64,000 nt of DNA from Chiloscyllium plagiosum (lineage: Eukaryota). Positions 1 to 14,049 of this stretch are shown here, in pieces. Positions within the stretch are counted from its first letter, which is position 1. Every line of letters starts with the position of its first letter. The translations under genes were made by a program, and so were the position numbers. The notes under the pieces are model-generated. The model made no database searches. It had not been told where the DNA came from and saw only the letters and a program-made list of their open reading frames with translations. The stretch is from contig NC_057719.1 of assembly GCF_004010195.1 (NCBI RefSeq), forward strand, positions 70,390,181-70,454,180, in the 5' to 3' direction.

Positions 1-788
1 GGTGCTGCATTTTGGGAAAGCAAATCTTAGCAGGACTTATACACTTAATGGTAAGGTCCTAGGAAGTGTTGCTGAACAATGAGACCTTGGAGTGCAGGTT
101 CATAGCTCCTTGAAAATGGAGTTGCAGATGGATAGGATAGTGAAGAAGGTGTGTGATATGCTTTCCTTTACTGGTCAGAGTATTCAGTACAGGAGTTGGG
201 AGGTCATGTTGCAGCTGTACAAGACATTGGTTCGGCCACTGTTGGAATATTGCGTGCAATTCTGGTCTCCTTCCTGTCAGAAAGATGTTGTGAAACTTGA
301 AAGGATTCAGAAAGGATTTACAAGGATGTTGCCAGGGTTGGAGGATTTGAGCTATGGGGAGAGGCTGAACAGGCTGGGGCTGTTTTCCTTGGAGTGTCAG
401 AGACTGAGGGGTGACCTTTTAGAGGTTTACTAAATTATGAGGGGCATGGATAAGGTAAATAGGCAAAGTCTTTTCCCTGGGGTTGGGGAGTCCAGAACTA
501 GAGTGCATATGTTTACGGTGAGAGAGGAAAGATAAAGAAGAGACCTAGGGCAACCTTTTCACACAGAGAGGGTAGTACCTGTATGGAATGAGCTGCCAGA
601 GGAAGTGGTGGAGGCTGGTACACTTGTAACATTTAACTACCATTTGGATGGGTATATGAATGGGATGAATTTGGAGGGATATGGGCCAGGTGCTGGCAGG
701 TGGGACCAGACTGGGTTGGGCTATCTGGTCTGCATGGACAGGTTAGACCGAAGGGTCTGTTTCCATGCTGTACATCTCTATGACTCTA
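1..788 (+). mobile_element. CR1-clade LINE (HER1-like), 3' end of ORF2 plus 3' tail; runs off the window start
   Basis: ORF 92-433 has CR1 C-terminal motifs (LYKTLVRPLLEYCVQFWSP, LERIQKGFTRMLPGL, RLRGDL). Ends in GACCGAAGGGTCTGTTTCC...CTCTATGACTCTA tail. Confidence 0.93.
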
Positions 789-1259
789 ATCAATTCAGGA
801 CTTCACGGGACAGGTAAGCTATCTGGAATGATACTCATGTTCACATGATAATAAAACCTTGTCAGATAACAAGAGGGGAGCATTTAAAGATTTTTATGTT
901 AACAGATCACAATAGGTGATCCCCATTTACTTATTAATTCTTTCATCCATAACTGAAGTAATGAGTCACTTGATGTGTGTCCCCTGCACATGTTTATATC
1001 CAAATTTAATTTTAAATGAGAAACTAATTGCATTTAAGGAAAACATTTACAAATTACCAAAGGTTTGAGCTTTGTTGTATTGTGAATAGACACGTAATCT
1101 AAAATTTACAACAATATTCCAGAGACAGCCATTCAAATCCCACAGATGGAGATACTTAAATACACTTCAAAAAGCTAATATTAATAATTATCAAATATAG
1201 GATTGTTGGAAAAGAAAGCTTCTGTTTCACCAATGTTCTTCTGAAGTGACCAAGCAAGG

Positions 1260-3510
1260 AACTTAAATTTGTCAAAACACAGAAAAGACTAGGACAGGAT
1301 GGATTACCTAAATCAAATTACCTAAAATCAAGTGGAAATCGCAACAGCCCTTCCTGCCAAGTGCTCCTCATCTACATTTGGCTTCTGCCAAAATTGGGAG
1401 AACTGTCCCACAAACTAGTTACAATCCTGACACAATCATGCTCACTGAAGCACACCACACAGTCAATGCCCCAATGCCTCCATCATCCCCATACCTGGAT
1501 ATGTCCAACAAGAGATGGCAGCTCAGTGATATAGTCAAGAGAGAATAGCCCTGAAAGTCTTCAATATTAATGCTGACCCAATGAGTTCTCATGGCATCAG
1601 ATAAAACCAAGGCAACAAAACCTCCTGAGTCCCAACTGTTGATATCCCTTAGTTGATGAATCAATATTTTTCTATATTGAGCACTGCCTGGAAGAAGCAC
1701 TGAGTATAGCAAGGGCACAGAACGTATTCTGTGTGGGGTCTTCAATGTTCATCACTAATTGACAGTGATTTAGTGAGACCACTAAATTGGCTGAAGCCTG
1801 AGGAACCTGTTGGTCAAAATGGGCTTGAGACAGGTGCCCAGACAAACAACTATGGGCAAACACACTTGACATCACTCCCACCAAACTCACCATCATAGAT
1901 TCCATTGATAGGAAGGACTGCCTTACAGTCATTGTGGAGATGAAGCTTCATTTTCATTCTGAGGATACCGCCGGTAGTATTCTGTGGCACTATGACTGTG
2001 ATAAATGGGATAATGTCACAACAGTTTTATCAGTTCAAACTAAGTATCCGTGAGGTGCTGTGGGCTAACAGCATCCACAGAATTGAATGTCCATAAACTA
2101 TAACCTCATGGCATGAAATAGCCCCACTCTACCATTACTGTAAACAAACCAACCAAGGTTCAATGAGGAATGGCACCAGACTTACCTAAAATTAAAATGC
2201 CAACAGAGTGAAGTTACAGAACACAACCTATATACCAAAAAGTGGAAACAGCATGCAAAACGAGGACTAAGCAAACCATAACAAATAGATCAGATCTAAG
2301 TTCTGCAGTCCACCACATCAAGAGACTTGTTAAGAAAGTGATAGGTCATGGAATAAAAAGGACAATGGCAAATTGGATACAAAATTGATGAGGGATAGAA
2401 AAGAGACAGTAAAGGTTAATGGGTATTTTTGGTGCTGAGGGAAGATTGTGTGACTTAGGAACCAGGATTGAGACCTTTTCTTTTCTTGATATATTTGAAT
2501 GACCTGGATCTTAATGTACACAGGACAATTTCATAGTTTGCGAATGACATAAACCTTGAAAGAACTGAGAGGAAGTCGTGACAAGTTGCTGAGTGGGTAG
2601 GTCAGTGACAGATGAAATTTAATGAGGAGGTGTGTGAGGTGATACAGTTTGGTACAAAGAACATTGAGAGACAATGTAAAATAAAGGGTAAAAGGAGCAG
2701 AAAAATCTGGGGAGTATATGCACATAAGACACAAAAGGTGGCAGGACAGGTAGAGAGAGCTATCAATAAAACAATCTAGACTCTTTTAGTAGGGTCAAGG
2801 AGTTGACACACTGTAGAAAGAATGTGAATGCATTGGAGTGAGTACAGCGGGGCTTTAACAGAATGTTTTCGGTGATGGTAAATTTCAGTTAAGAGGATAG
2901 ATTGGACACACTGAGACTAGAAAAGTTTGAGGGGAGACTTATAGAAGGTTTCACTATCACGAGAGGTCTGAACAGAGTAGATAGGAAGAACCAGAGAGCA
3001 CAGTTTTTAAAAATGTTTTATGAAAGAAGCAAATATGTAACTTTTTCATACAGGAAGTTGCACAGGTTTGAAATGCAATGCCAAGAGTTACGGTAGGGTT
3101 AATTTCAATGGTGGTATTTAAGAGGGTAATGGATGATTATATAAATAGAAACAGTGAGCAAGGTCAGGGGAAAAAGGCAGGAGGTTGGCATGAAATCAAA
3201 ATGTTCAGAGAGCCAGTGCAGACATGATGGGCCAAATTGGCAAGTTTTGCACCATAACAATTCCGTGATCCTGAACTCTGAAAGGTAGAGGACAATTAAA
3301 CAACCAACAGGAGGACACCCCACAAATATCCCCATCCTTAATTATGGGGACATATCAGTGTAAAAGGCAACACTGAAGCATTTTTAACAGTTTTCAGACA
3401 GAAGTGTGAATGACTGCTCCATGTGACTACTTCCCGAGGTTCCCAGGTTCCTAAATATCGGGTTTCAACCAACTCAATTCATTGTATGTGATATTAAGAA
3501 ACAAGATACT
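1260..3510 (+). mobile_element. Old non-LTR (CR1/L2-group) LINE with endonuclease remnant, interrupted by a second decayed CR1 3' fragment (~2330-3275)
   Basis: 1675-1760 reads LYIEHCLEEALSIARAQNVFCVG, resembling the APE segment before GDFN. 2902-3096 resembles the CR1 C-terminus (GRLIEGFTITRGLNRVDR). The outer element resumes at ~3285. Confidence 0.6.
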
Positions 3511-3994
3511 ATTTCAGTACTTCCTTTAGCCCCCTGCTGGCATGGTGTTGTGTTGGCCTTTACCATGCTGTGGAATGACACATAGGGCAATCATTTTTGT
3601 AAACACCTCCAAGATTTCAGTAATCAATAAAGAGTGCATCTTCTACTGTCTTTGTTTCCACATACACTTCTTTAGCTAGGAGTCATCACCGAACAAGTGA
3701 ACCCTTTCACTTTAGTATTGTCCCTACACTGGGACCCATCCTTCTGGCCTCTTAGTCTTTTCATTGCAAAATATCGGTATGAAATTGACTATCTTAATTT
3801 CTCTTCTCCCATCACTCACTCACTCGAACCTGCCTCTCTCAGAACTTGCTGCACCTAATTCTCTCATGTGATTATCTATCTTGCTGTTAAGGGTTGCAGT
3901 ATTGTTGTCTTGTAGAGGTTGAATGTCATCTCTGATACTTCCTCTTACCTCCCGTGGAACATCAAGATATTATTTCCAGGATTATTAACAACAT

Positions 3995-4020
3995 CACACT
4001 GTAAGTAATCTAATCTAATC
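3995..4020 (+). mobile_element. Tail-only HE1/HER1-type retroposon insertion
   Basis: CACACTGTAAGTAATCTAATCTAATC matches the 3' tail of the SINE at 39471-39820. Short ATCAC duplication at 3993-3997 and 4018-4022. Confidence 0.6.
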
Positions 4021-4129
4021 ACCTCTCCTCAGGATCTTTTTTGTATGTTTCCCACCTGATAGTCCACAATCTCCATCTACCACAACCTTTCTCCACTTGA
4101 CTGAGCTTGTTGTCTCGTTCAACAATCTC

Positions 4130-5620
4130 TTGTGCAACATTTCTTGCTTCTTTCAAATTGAATAAAATCTTGACTGCAGGTATCTGTAATGGCCTTAGCT
4201 ATGCCTATTACTTTGTGGGTTGTGTGGAGTATTTGTTGTTCCATTCCTTTCTGGCCATTCCCCAAATTCTCTCTCTGATACATTGATGCAGTCACAGACA
4301 CGTTGATACAGCTGTAAAGATACATTTTCCTGGTCTCACTTGGAGTTGAAAAATTCTGTTAATTTTCCTTGTATTTTTAACTCTTTAACTCTCTTAAATC
4401 TTATATCATTTGATCCATTTTCAACTTCTCTTTCTTAACCTCTTGCTTTTCATTTCTGATGAAAAGTTGTCCACTCATAATCCTTTATAAGCTTACTGAC
4501 TCTCAGTTATTCTGAGCACATTTCCTCAGTGTTGACACTGTGTAAGGACTCCATTCTGTTCTCCGTCTCTACTGAATTGTTCTGATGATGTTATTTTCTT
4601 CAACAGTGCTTCTGAAATGTCTTTATTTTCTTCTCAAGCAAGAAATCTCTCCATTATGGCTGACAGGACCCTCAACCACATCTGATTCATTTCCCAGACC
4701 TCTTCTCATGCCCCCCTCTCTCCTGGATCAGCAATAGAGTTCCCCTTGGCCTCACATTTCTCCCCACCCAATCTCCACATTCAAAGGCTCATCAGCAGCA
4801 GTTTCTTCCACCTTCAGCATGATACCTTGACTAAACATATGTTCCTCCCCCCATACCACCTCGCTTCCCCCCTCCATCACCCCTCCCCCAACCCCTCTCA
4901 ACACTTCCAGCAGTTTGAAGAGTCCCAATTCTGTTCGAGTTACATACTGGGCCCAGTCTACAGTTACTTTCAGCACTTTGTCCCTTGTTCACAGCACCTT
5001 CTCATGCATTTGCTGGGGTTGTAATACTTGCCCTCTTACCTCCTCTTTCTCATTGCCCTAGGCTCAAACACTGCCAGTTGAAAGTGAGGACTGCAGATGC
5101 TGGAGATCAGAGCTGAAAATGTGTTGCTGGAAAAGTGCAGCAGGTCAGGCAGCATCCAAGGAATAGGAGAATCGACGTTTCGGGGATAAGTCCTTCCTGA
5201 AGAAGGGCTTATGCCCGAATCGTCAATTCTCCTGTTCCTTGGATGCTGCCTGACCTGCTGCGCTTTTCCAGTAACACATTTTCAGCTCAAGCACTGCCAG
5301 GTAAAGCAACAATTTAACTGCATATTTTAAAATTTATTTCTCTACACACTCGGTTCACAATGCAATCGCCTCCACATTGAAGTGACAAAGCACAAAGGCT
5401 ATGACTGCTTTGTGTAATATCTCTACTCTTTTCACAATCAAGACCCTGAGTTTCCAGTTGCTTTCTATTTTATTTCACCAGCTTGCTGTTATTCCTACAT
5501 TTCTGTCCTTGACCTCATAGCATTCCACTGAAACTCATTGTAAGCTTGAAGAACAACACCTTACCTCCCAATTAGGCATTTGATAACCTTCTGGCCCAGC
5601 GCTGAAGTCAACAGTTTCAG
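4130..5620 (+). mobile_element. Ancient Penelope-like element (RT and GIY-YIG remnants)
   Basis: Degenerate GICNGLSYAYYFVGCVE (cf. GTRMGPSYACLF) at ~4180, YID at ~4278, and a decayed GIY-YIG end (EEQHLTSQLGI..PSG) at ~5550-5600. Colinear with the younger PLE at 7941-9585. Confidence 0.7.
5080..5288. mobile_element. Fold-back PLE terminal insertion (family A)
   Basis: Inverted arms 5110-~5196 and ~5200-5288, with a 30-nt unpaired tail at 5080-5109. Imperfect TSD AA(A/G)CACTGCCAG. Degenerate hammerhead at 5197-5224. Confidence 0.85.
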
Positions 5621-6458
5621 GCCATGAACCTTGATTGAAATGCATTTCTATTTAGGAGGCCATGCACTGATCTGAATCTTGTTTTTTGCTTTTTGGGAGC
5701 GTTGCTTAATTCTGTTACTCTGGAGAAATGCTTAATTTCTTTATTGCAGGCATTACAACTCCTAATTACTTTTATCAATGATGTTTTTTCTTTTAAGTTT
5801 CCTGCCCTCATACCCCTCCCAAACCTTTCCTTTTTTTTTCTTCCTATCCTACAACATTTCAACAGCATAAAACCAATTATACTTTTCCTTCAGTTCACTC
5901 CATATGTTATGACAGACCTGCTGGCTATAGCCTGAGTGATGTGTTTCGATTACTTAGCTCTCTTCCAGCTAGCTGATATGGCACAAACCCATTGCCCTTT
6001 ACATATTGATTAGGATCAATATAATGGCTGCTGGATTAGCAACTATTGGCAGCTTGCGTTTGGGGTCATGTGCTACCACCAATTCTCTTTTTCATGATGA
6101 GTCTAAGGACTTGTCTAATTATTAGTGGTAGAAGATAAACCAATAGTGAATTTCAACAAGAAAAGGCCCATTTCTTTCATAACAAGAGGTAGTTTCTTGT
6201 ATAAGAGCAATTTTGCAAGTTACTTCGACAATTTAAGCATAATTACTTAGAGAATCTGGAGCCAGAGATGACACGTCTGTCTCCATTGGGATCACATACT
6301 ACATTGCCCTAATGTCCGCTCAAAGTGGCATCATGAGATTGGGTATAGCTTTAGTGCAACTTCAGCAGCAAATCCTACAGCATATTTTCCTTTGGCAACA
6401 GGCGAGATCCTGGAAAATGAGAGACATTTTTCATATCTTGTGTGTCCTCTCTTAAAGG

Positions 6459-6679
6459 TGTGGAGGTGCCAGTCTTGGAGTGGGATGAACAAAGTTAAAA
6501 ACCACACAACAAATGGTTACAGTCCAATAGGTTTATTTGGAGGTACAAACTTTTGGAATGCTGCTCCTTCATCTGATAGTTAGTGACTAATTACCTGACA
6601 AAGGAGCTGCGCTCCGAATGCTTACACTTCCAAATAAACCTGTTGGACTATAACCTGGTGTTGTGTGATTTTTAACTTT
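6459..6679. mobile_element. Fold-back PLE terminal insertion (family C)
   Basis: AAAGTTAAAAACCACACAAC...GGTTTATTTGG and its reverse complement CCAAATAAACC...GATTTTTAACTTT. Degenerate CTGACAAAGGAGCTGCGCTCCGAATGCTTA motif. Confidence 0.75.
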
Positions 6680-6689
6680 CTCTCACAAT

Positions 6690-6845
6690 AGCAGACAGGG
6701 AATTTCATCAGATGCCATCAGTCTTCAACCAGTTAGGAAAGCATAAAGACAAGAACATCAAACCCAAGTCTAAGGTCATAGTTTATCAGGTAACATTGAT
6801 CTCTGCAGTCCTATATACCTCAGTGACTATAACAATCTATAGCAT
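6690..6845 (+). mobile_element. RTE-clade LINE fragment
   Basis: Translates IKPKSKVIVYQVTLISAVLYTSVTITIY, resembling the RTE motif TKLxVYxAxVxxxLLYGSETW. Confidence 0.5.
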
Positions 6846-7940
6846 ATTGCATTATGGCATAGATTCCAGATCATAAAGGCCTGCACCATCAAGACAGTTC
6901 CCTTAGTGTGCCATTTTTTAAAAAAAACATTCACATTTTGAGAGCATCACTGTCTAGGCATGCATTTATTCTACTCAAGAAAATCCACAATGTGAACCTT
7001 CTTTGACTGCCTCCAATGCTTTCTTTAGATAAGGGAAGCAAAACTACTCACAGTATTCCCGTTGTGATCTGACTAGGACTTTGTGCAGTTTTACCAAAAC
7101 CTTCCTTTTTTAAAAAAAATCATGGGACGTGGCACTACAGACAACACCCCTAATTGGGATGAGTTAAGAATTAAACATTGTTGTGGGTTTGGACTCATCT
7201 GTACCTCAGACCAAGTAGTTTTCTCCCCCAAAGGACATTAGTAAACCAGATTCTTTTTTCAGATGATCAACAATAGATTCATGGTCATCTGAATTCTAGA
7301 TTTTTATTGAATTCAAATTCCACCATGTGGTGTGGTGGGATTCTTACCAGGTCCCCGGAACTTTACTTGGGACTTTGGATTAACAGTCCAGTGATAGGCC
7401 TCCCATGCAAAGCTGAGAGCATTCCTGGATCTATCACTGGAATGGGCAAAAGTGTTTTATGAGGAAAGATTGGATACTCTAGGCTTGTGGTCACTGGAGT
7501 GTCAAAGAGTATGAGGCCATTTGGTTGAAACATACAAAACTTTTAACAGGGTAAATATGGAAAGCAGCAACTGCATGTGTACGTCTGTGATATTGTAGCC
7601 TTGTAAGTAGTTAGTACCATAAATAAGTTTCAAGATATCTCACTCAGTAAATACCTATTAACTGTGGAATATGTTGCATGATTTAACATTTAGAAAACGA
7701 CAAAGGACATCATAATGCCAATAAATGGGCATGGCAGCTCGTTAGTGACAATTAGTGGATGCTGAAGGCTTAAAGGAATGGTAATTGTGAGGCATCTGCT
7801 TTCTAACAGCTGTCCATCAATCCATAAGATGTACAAGCAGAAGTAGGACATTTAGCCTATTAACTCTTTTCTGCCATTCACTTAGATCATGACTGATCTG
7901 ATAATCCTCAATTCCACATGCCTGCCTTTTCTCTATAACT

Positions 7941-9585
7941 AGATTAGAGTGGTGCTGGAAAAGCACTACATTTCAGGCAGCATCCGATGAGTAGGAAAAT
8001 TGACGTTTCGGGTAAAAGCCCTTCATCAGGAATAGAGGCAGAGTGGGGTGGAGAGATAAATGAGAGGGGGTGGGGGTGGGGAGAAAGTAGCATAGAGTAC
8101 AATAGGTGAATGGGGGGTGGGATGGAGGCAAAGAGTACAATGGGTGAATGGGGTGGGGATGAAGGTGATAGGTCAGAGAGGAGGGTGGTGTGGATCGATG
8201 GAAAGGAAGATAGGCAGGTAGGACAGATCATGCGGGTGGTGCTCAGCTGGAAGGCTGGAGCTGGGGCGAGGTGGGGGAAGGGGAAATGAGGAAACTGGTG
8301 AAATACACATTGATGCCATGGGGTTGAAGTGTTCCGAGGCGGAAGATGAGGCGTTCTTCCTCCAGGCGTCGGGTGGTGAGGGAGTGGCGGTGAAGGAGGC
8401 CCAGGACCAGCATGTCCTCGGCAGAGTGGGAGGGGGAGTTGAATCCACAGGCTGGTGGTGTTGATTGGTGCGGGTGTCCTGGAGATGTTCCCTAAAGTGC
8501 TCTGCTAGGAGGGTCCTGTCTCCCCAATGTAGAGGAGACTACATCGGGAGCAACAGATACAATAAATGATATTGGTGTTGGGGCCTTGGATGGAGGTGAG
8601 GGAGGAGGTGTGGGCGGAGGTTTTGCAATTTCTGCGGTGTCAGGGGAGGGTGCCAGGAAGGGAGAGTGGGTTGTTGGGAGGCGTGGACCTGACCAGGTAG
8701 TCATGGAGGGAACGGTCTTTGCGGAAGGCAGAAAGGGGTGGGGAGGGAAATATATCCCTGGTGGTGGGGTCTTTTTGGAGGTGGCGGAAATGTCGGCAGA
8801 TGATTTGGTTTATGTGAAGGTTGGTAGGGTGGAAGGTGAGCACCAGGGGCGTTCTGTCCTTGTTATGGTTGGAAAGGTGGGGTTTAAGGGCGGAGAAGCA
8901 GGATGGGGATGAGATGCATTGGAGGGTTTCTTTAACCCCGTGGGAAAGGAAATTGCGGTCTCTAAAGAAGGAGGTCATCTGGTGTGTTCTGTGGTGGAAC
9001 CGGTCCTCCTGGGAGCAGGTACGGCGGAGGCGGAGGAATTGAGAATATGGGATGGCATTTTTGCAGGAGGTAGGGTGGGAAGAGGTATAATCCAGGTAGC
9101 TGTGGGTGTCGTTGGTTTGTAAAAAATGTCAGTGTCAAGTCGGTCGTCATTAATGGAGATGGAGAGGTCCAGGAAGGGGAGGGAGGTGTCAGAGATGGTC
9201 CAGGTGAATTTAAGGTCGGGGTGGAATGTGTTGGTGAAGTTGATGAATTGCTCAACCTCCTTGCGGGAGCACAAGGTGGCGCTAATGCAGTCATCAATGT
9301 AGCGGAGGAAGAGGTGGGGAGTGGTGCCAGTGTAACTACGGAAGATGGATTACGTAGCTGAAAAAGAGACAGGCATAGCTGGGGCCCATACGGGTGCCCA
9401 TGGCTACCCCTTTGGTCTGGAGGAAGTGGAAGGATTCAAAGGAAAAAGTGTTAAGTGTGAGGACAAGTTCAGCCAAACGAATGAGATTGTCAGTGGAAGG
9501 GTACTGTTGGGGACGTCAGGAGAGGAAGAAACGGAGGGCTTGGAGGCCCTGGTCATGGCGGATGGAGGTGTAGAGGGATTGGATA
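7941..9585 (-). mobile_element. Penelope-like element (Neptune-type), 5'-truncated: RT C-terminus, Cys linker, GIY-YIG and terminal repeat; frameshifted
   Basis: Minus strand: GVAMGTRMGPSYACL (~9411-9368), LFLRYIDDC (YIDD at 9301-9290), FINFTNTFHPDLKFTW, LPFLDLSI, C-x4-C-K-T linker, and IIYCICCSRCSLLYIGETG. Hammerhead motif at 8029-8002. Confidence 0.92.
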
Positions 9586-12500
9586 TACAAAACTCTTGAT
9601 TCCCTCACTAATTAAAAAAGAATCTGTCTACCTCATTCCTGAATATACTTAATATATTCAATAACCCTCTGCAGCAAAGAATTTCACAGATTTACTACCC
9701 TGGAGAGAAAAAAAAACAATTATCTGAGATTATGCCTTCTGGCCCTAGACTCTCTCCCACAGGAGGGTAAAAAAACTTTTCCACATCTACCCTGTCAAGT
9801 TCCCAAATAACCTTGCGTATTTCAATAGGGTTAACTCTCATTCATCTGTATTTCAATTTATTCCATTCCTTACCAATATTGCTACCCCACCACCCATTCC
9901 TTCCTGCCTGTCTTTTTGAAAATTAACATGTCCCTGAATATTTAGTTCCCAGCTTTGATCTTCTAGTAGACCTACTTTCATAACGGCCATAAGATCATAG
10001 TCTTTCACCAGCATTGGTGCTTTTTGTTCTGTCTGAGTTCAGGGCTGAAGTTAAAATTGCAATCAAGACTAAAGTGCTAAAACCCTATACCAATAAATGC
10101 TCTCTTTCATTTAAATAATGGCAGTTTATAAGAGGCTCAGGAGAGTTCTGAATTTAAAATAAACACAGTTTAAAAGATGTCAAAGGAACACTGTCAACTG
10201 TCAGAAAGTGCAGTTAGAACAAAACAAACAGAAAAAAAAACTTTGCAAAGAATGGTTTGTGCATTAATAAATACTTACCTGTCTATAATTGTTGCTTTAT
10301 TCCACCATGTTGCCTTTTGGGAAAGACAGATTGGAGGAAAAAGCACATGATGTCACAACTCACTCCTTTTGATAAAATGCCATCGACAGGAACAAATTTG
10401 TATCATTTAAAAGGATAACAACCTTTAAAACAACAATTAATAACAACATAAAAGAGAGAGAAGCCAAGAAATAAACAGGTAAACCAAAGTACTATAATAT
10501 AGATTGTTATATTGGCATTTTTGAAATCACAAAGCAAATGAAGAATGATGGAAAGCAAACATCTTACTGTAGACTGGCAATCCATTGACACTGTGATACT
10601 TAATTCACTTAAAGAATTTATGTTTTCTCTGTGGATCAATAGATAATTGACAAGGGACAATGAACAGTCAACTGTCTACTTGGACACAGAAGTGTTAAGA
10701 AGAATAATATCTTCCAGTTTTTTTGACATCAAAATTCCTGGCAAAACTTTCCATGTTTTAGCAGATGCACTTAAAATTAGTATCATTTTTAGGATACACA
10801 GCTTGGGTTCATCTCAAACTGACAACAGCCAGATGAAAGAATTGATGATGACATAAATACTCTTCCCTACACCCACCCACCTCTGAACTTCACTGTTCTT
10901 TGATTCTGGGCACTGGCTGGCCAGTCTTTCATTACTGATCTGTCACATATTCCCACCTACCACAAAGAATTAGGTCTGCAGATCTCATCTTCAACCCTTT
11001 AGTCCTACAGGTTAGTAGGACCATGTTGTGACCATTGTCCTTCCATCAGGGCCACAATGGTGGTGACCACTAATGATTCCCCTCCCACATCTACTCATAC
11101 ACAATTGCCATTCTCCCTTCCCCATTCCAAATTTCTCACATTCATCATTCTTGACCCCTCTGTAACACAGGTTGCTGCTTTCAAACCCCAGCACTGAGCA
11201 CCCCTGCTTCCCTAATCCAACAGGAGCACTTAATAACGCCAGTTGATTTATTGACCTGACCCTCAGGACCTAGCCACATGATCGACTTGGACAGACAGCC
11301 TTGACATGACTGACCAAATCCCTGACTGATCTCTGTGCAGCTCCCTGACAGGTTCTACTGAATCTGCATGACTGAACATAGTGTACTGTAGTGAGATGCA
11401 CTCCATGACTGCAACTGGCCCTAGCGGCTGACTGACCATATTCAAGTTCCTAGACTAAGATTGGATGATGCCTTGATTTAATATACCAGGACCCTCTGAT
11501 TAAAGCAGACTAACCCCTGACTTGAGTGACTTGAGGACTACTCCCCTTAAGTTAAAAACATGGTCATTTGATCAATGCAAATGCACTGTGTTTGCTGCAA
11601 AGACTGCTGGCATATGCTATAAGTGTGAAACTGACATAGCACCATGCCATACAACAATATGTCCACTATCCTGACTGATAACTGCTGAGCAGTGTGACAA
11701 GTTGCCTGGCCTTGCGTCTGTGCTAAGCAGCTAGGCAAGACAGAAATGTTGTGAGCCTTGAAGTTGTGGTTCTGAGCATAAGCATGAAGGAAAGGCAGGA
11801 GAACAATGCTGAGAACTTCAAAGTAGGCAGAAATGAGTAAGCATGAACAGAACAATTCCGAGTTACATCCTGGACCAATCTTTGAGATATGCCTATCCTT
11901 CCATTCAAAGTATCCTGGCACCAGCATTCCGATGAAAAATACCAGGGTGCTCCAAAATGCTGCACTGAAGTGCATTGTAAGTATATCAATGATGAGCCAT
12001 GACTGTGTGGTGAGGTTGCTACATGTTGTTTGCCAGGGTCCCTGTGTGGTGGGTATACTGTAGTAGTCATTATCTATGAGAGATCCCTGAGATGCTGGTG
12101 CCTGGTGTCAAAGATGGAGGTGTAGAGGAATGAGAGGTCAGCCGGCTCACCAGGGTTATCATGCCAGGAATTGGTATCATCTAGTTTCTACCTGGGGGGG
12201 GTGGAAGAATGAGACACTATATATTAATTAGGTAAGATTAGGTAATAATGAAATGTTAATTATGCAAACAAGGTTCAATGCTCACTGACAAGAATCTCAT
12301 CTTGCTGTTCCAACACTTGATTGGAAAATAGAACTATTTGCTTTCAATGTCAAGAGCTTATTGCTGACCATCTCATGTGATTTCCCAATTTTCTTGACAT
12401 TGCCCACATCGTTTAGGGGCTGGGAAGATTCTGTTCATTGGGTGTTTATGCTAAAAAAAGGTAAGTAACCATGGGTGATTTTAACCAATTTGAGAACTTG

Positions 12501-12646
12501 GAAAATCAAATTTGCAATAGTATCCTGAAAGAGGTGCTCATAGAATGCTTCTGAGATAGACTCTTCAAATAGAATGCTCTGGCGACATCGAGAAAATAGG
12601 CTTTACTAGATTTGACAGTGTATAATATGACAGGATTAATGAATGA

Positions 12647-13645
12647 TCCATAAGACCATAAGATAAAGGAGCAGAATCAGGCCATTCAGCCCATTGAGTC
12701 TGCTTCACCATTTGATCATCACTTGTATGTTTCTCGACCCCATTTTCCAGCCTTTTCCCATAACCTGTGATCCCCTTAAGAATCAAGAACCTATCTATCT
12801 CTGTCTTAAGCACACTCAATGACTTTACAGTCTTCTGCAGCAATGAGTTCCACAGATTCGCCACCCTCTGACTGAAGAAATTCCTCCTCAACTCAGTTCT
12901 AAAATGCTGTCCCCTCACTCTGAGACTTTGCTCTTGGGTCTGAGTCTCTTCTACTAGCGGAAACATCTTCACCAGCCAGTCTATCCAGGCCTCTCAGTGT
13001 TCTGTAAATTTCAATCAAATCCCCTCTGATCCTTCTTAACTCTATCATGTACAGACCCAGAGTCCTCAACCACGTCTCATATGACAAGCCCTTCATCACT
13101 GAGGTCACCCAAGGCCAGCACATCTTCCTTTGACATGGGGCCAAAATCTGCTTACAATATTTCAAATGTAATCTGACCAGAGCTTTATACAGCCTTAGCA
13201 GTACATCCCTGCTCTTGTATTCTAGTATTCTTGAAATGAATACTTATATTTCATTTGCCTTCCTAACTGCCACTGAACCTGCATATTAACCTGAAGAGAA
13301 TCCTGAACTTGGTCTCCCAAGCCCATTTGTGCCTCAGATATCTAAAGCCATTCCCCATTTGGAAAATATTCTACACCTCTATTCTTCCCACCAAATCTCA
13401 TAACCTCACACTTCCCCACATTATATTCCACCTGCTATTTCTTTGCCCACTCTTCCTGCCCATCCAGGTCTTTCTGCAGCTTCCCACCTCCTCCACTACC
13501 TATCCCTCCACCTATCTTTGTGGCATCTGCAAACTTAGTAGCAATTCCCTTAGTTCCTTTGTCCAGATCGTTGATGTGTAAGGTGAATTGATGTGATCCC
13601 AAAACAGATCCCTGCTGAACTCCACTCATCACTGGCTGCCATTTT
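12647..13645 (-). mobile_element. CR1 LINE 3' fragment
   Basis: SGVQQGSVLG, KFADATKIGG, ELRRIRGDLIEIY, RNFFSQRVANLWNSL. Ends in a (CTTATGGT)-type tail. Confidence 0.88.
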
Positions 13646-14049
13646 GACCCTAAAGTAGAGGTGTTCCTAGACAGCAGAAATGACAATATGAATCATAACC
13701 CTAACTTCCATATTCATTTTGAAAGGGAGAAGACTGGGTCAAAGACTAATATTCTAACATAGGAATCAAGAACAGGAATATGTTATCCACCCTCTCAAGT
13801 TTGATCCAACATTCAATAAGATCATGGCTGATCTGATTGTAGCCTTAAATCCATATTCTCAACTATCCCTGAGAACCTTTTACACCTTGGCTTAACAAAT
13901 ATCTACCTGCTTTTGCCTTAAAAATATTCAAGGACTATGCTTCCACCAACCTTTCCGGAAGGCCATTCCAAAGACTCATGACCCTCAGACATCAAATATA
14001 TAAATCAACTCCATATTCTAAATGAGTGACTTAGCTCCTTTTAATTTGA

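Noticed and set aside
11010..12430. ORFs of 115-142 aa, and a possible DNA-transposon relic
   Set aside because: No recognisable domain motifs and no terminal inverted repeats I could verify. Left unannotated.
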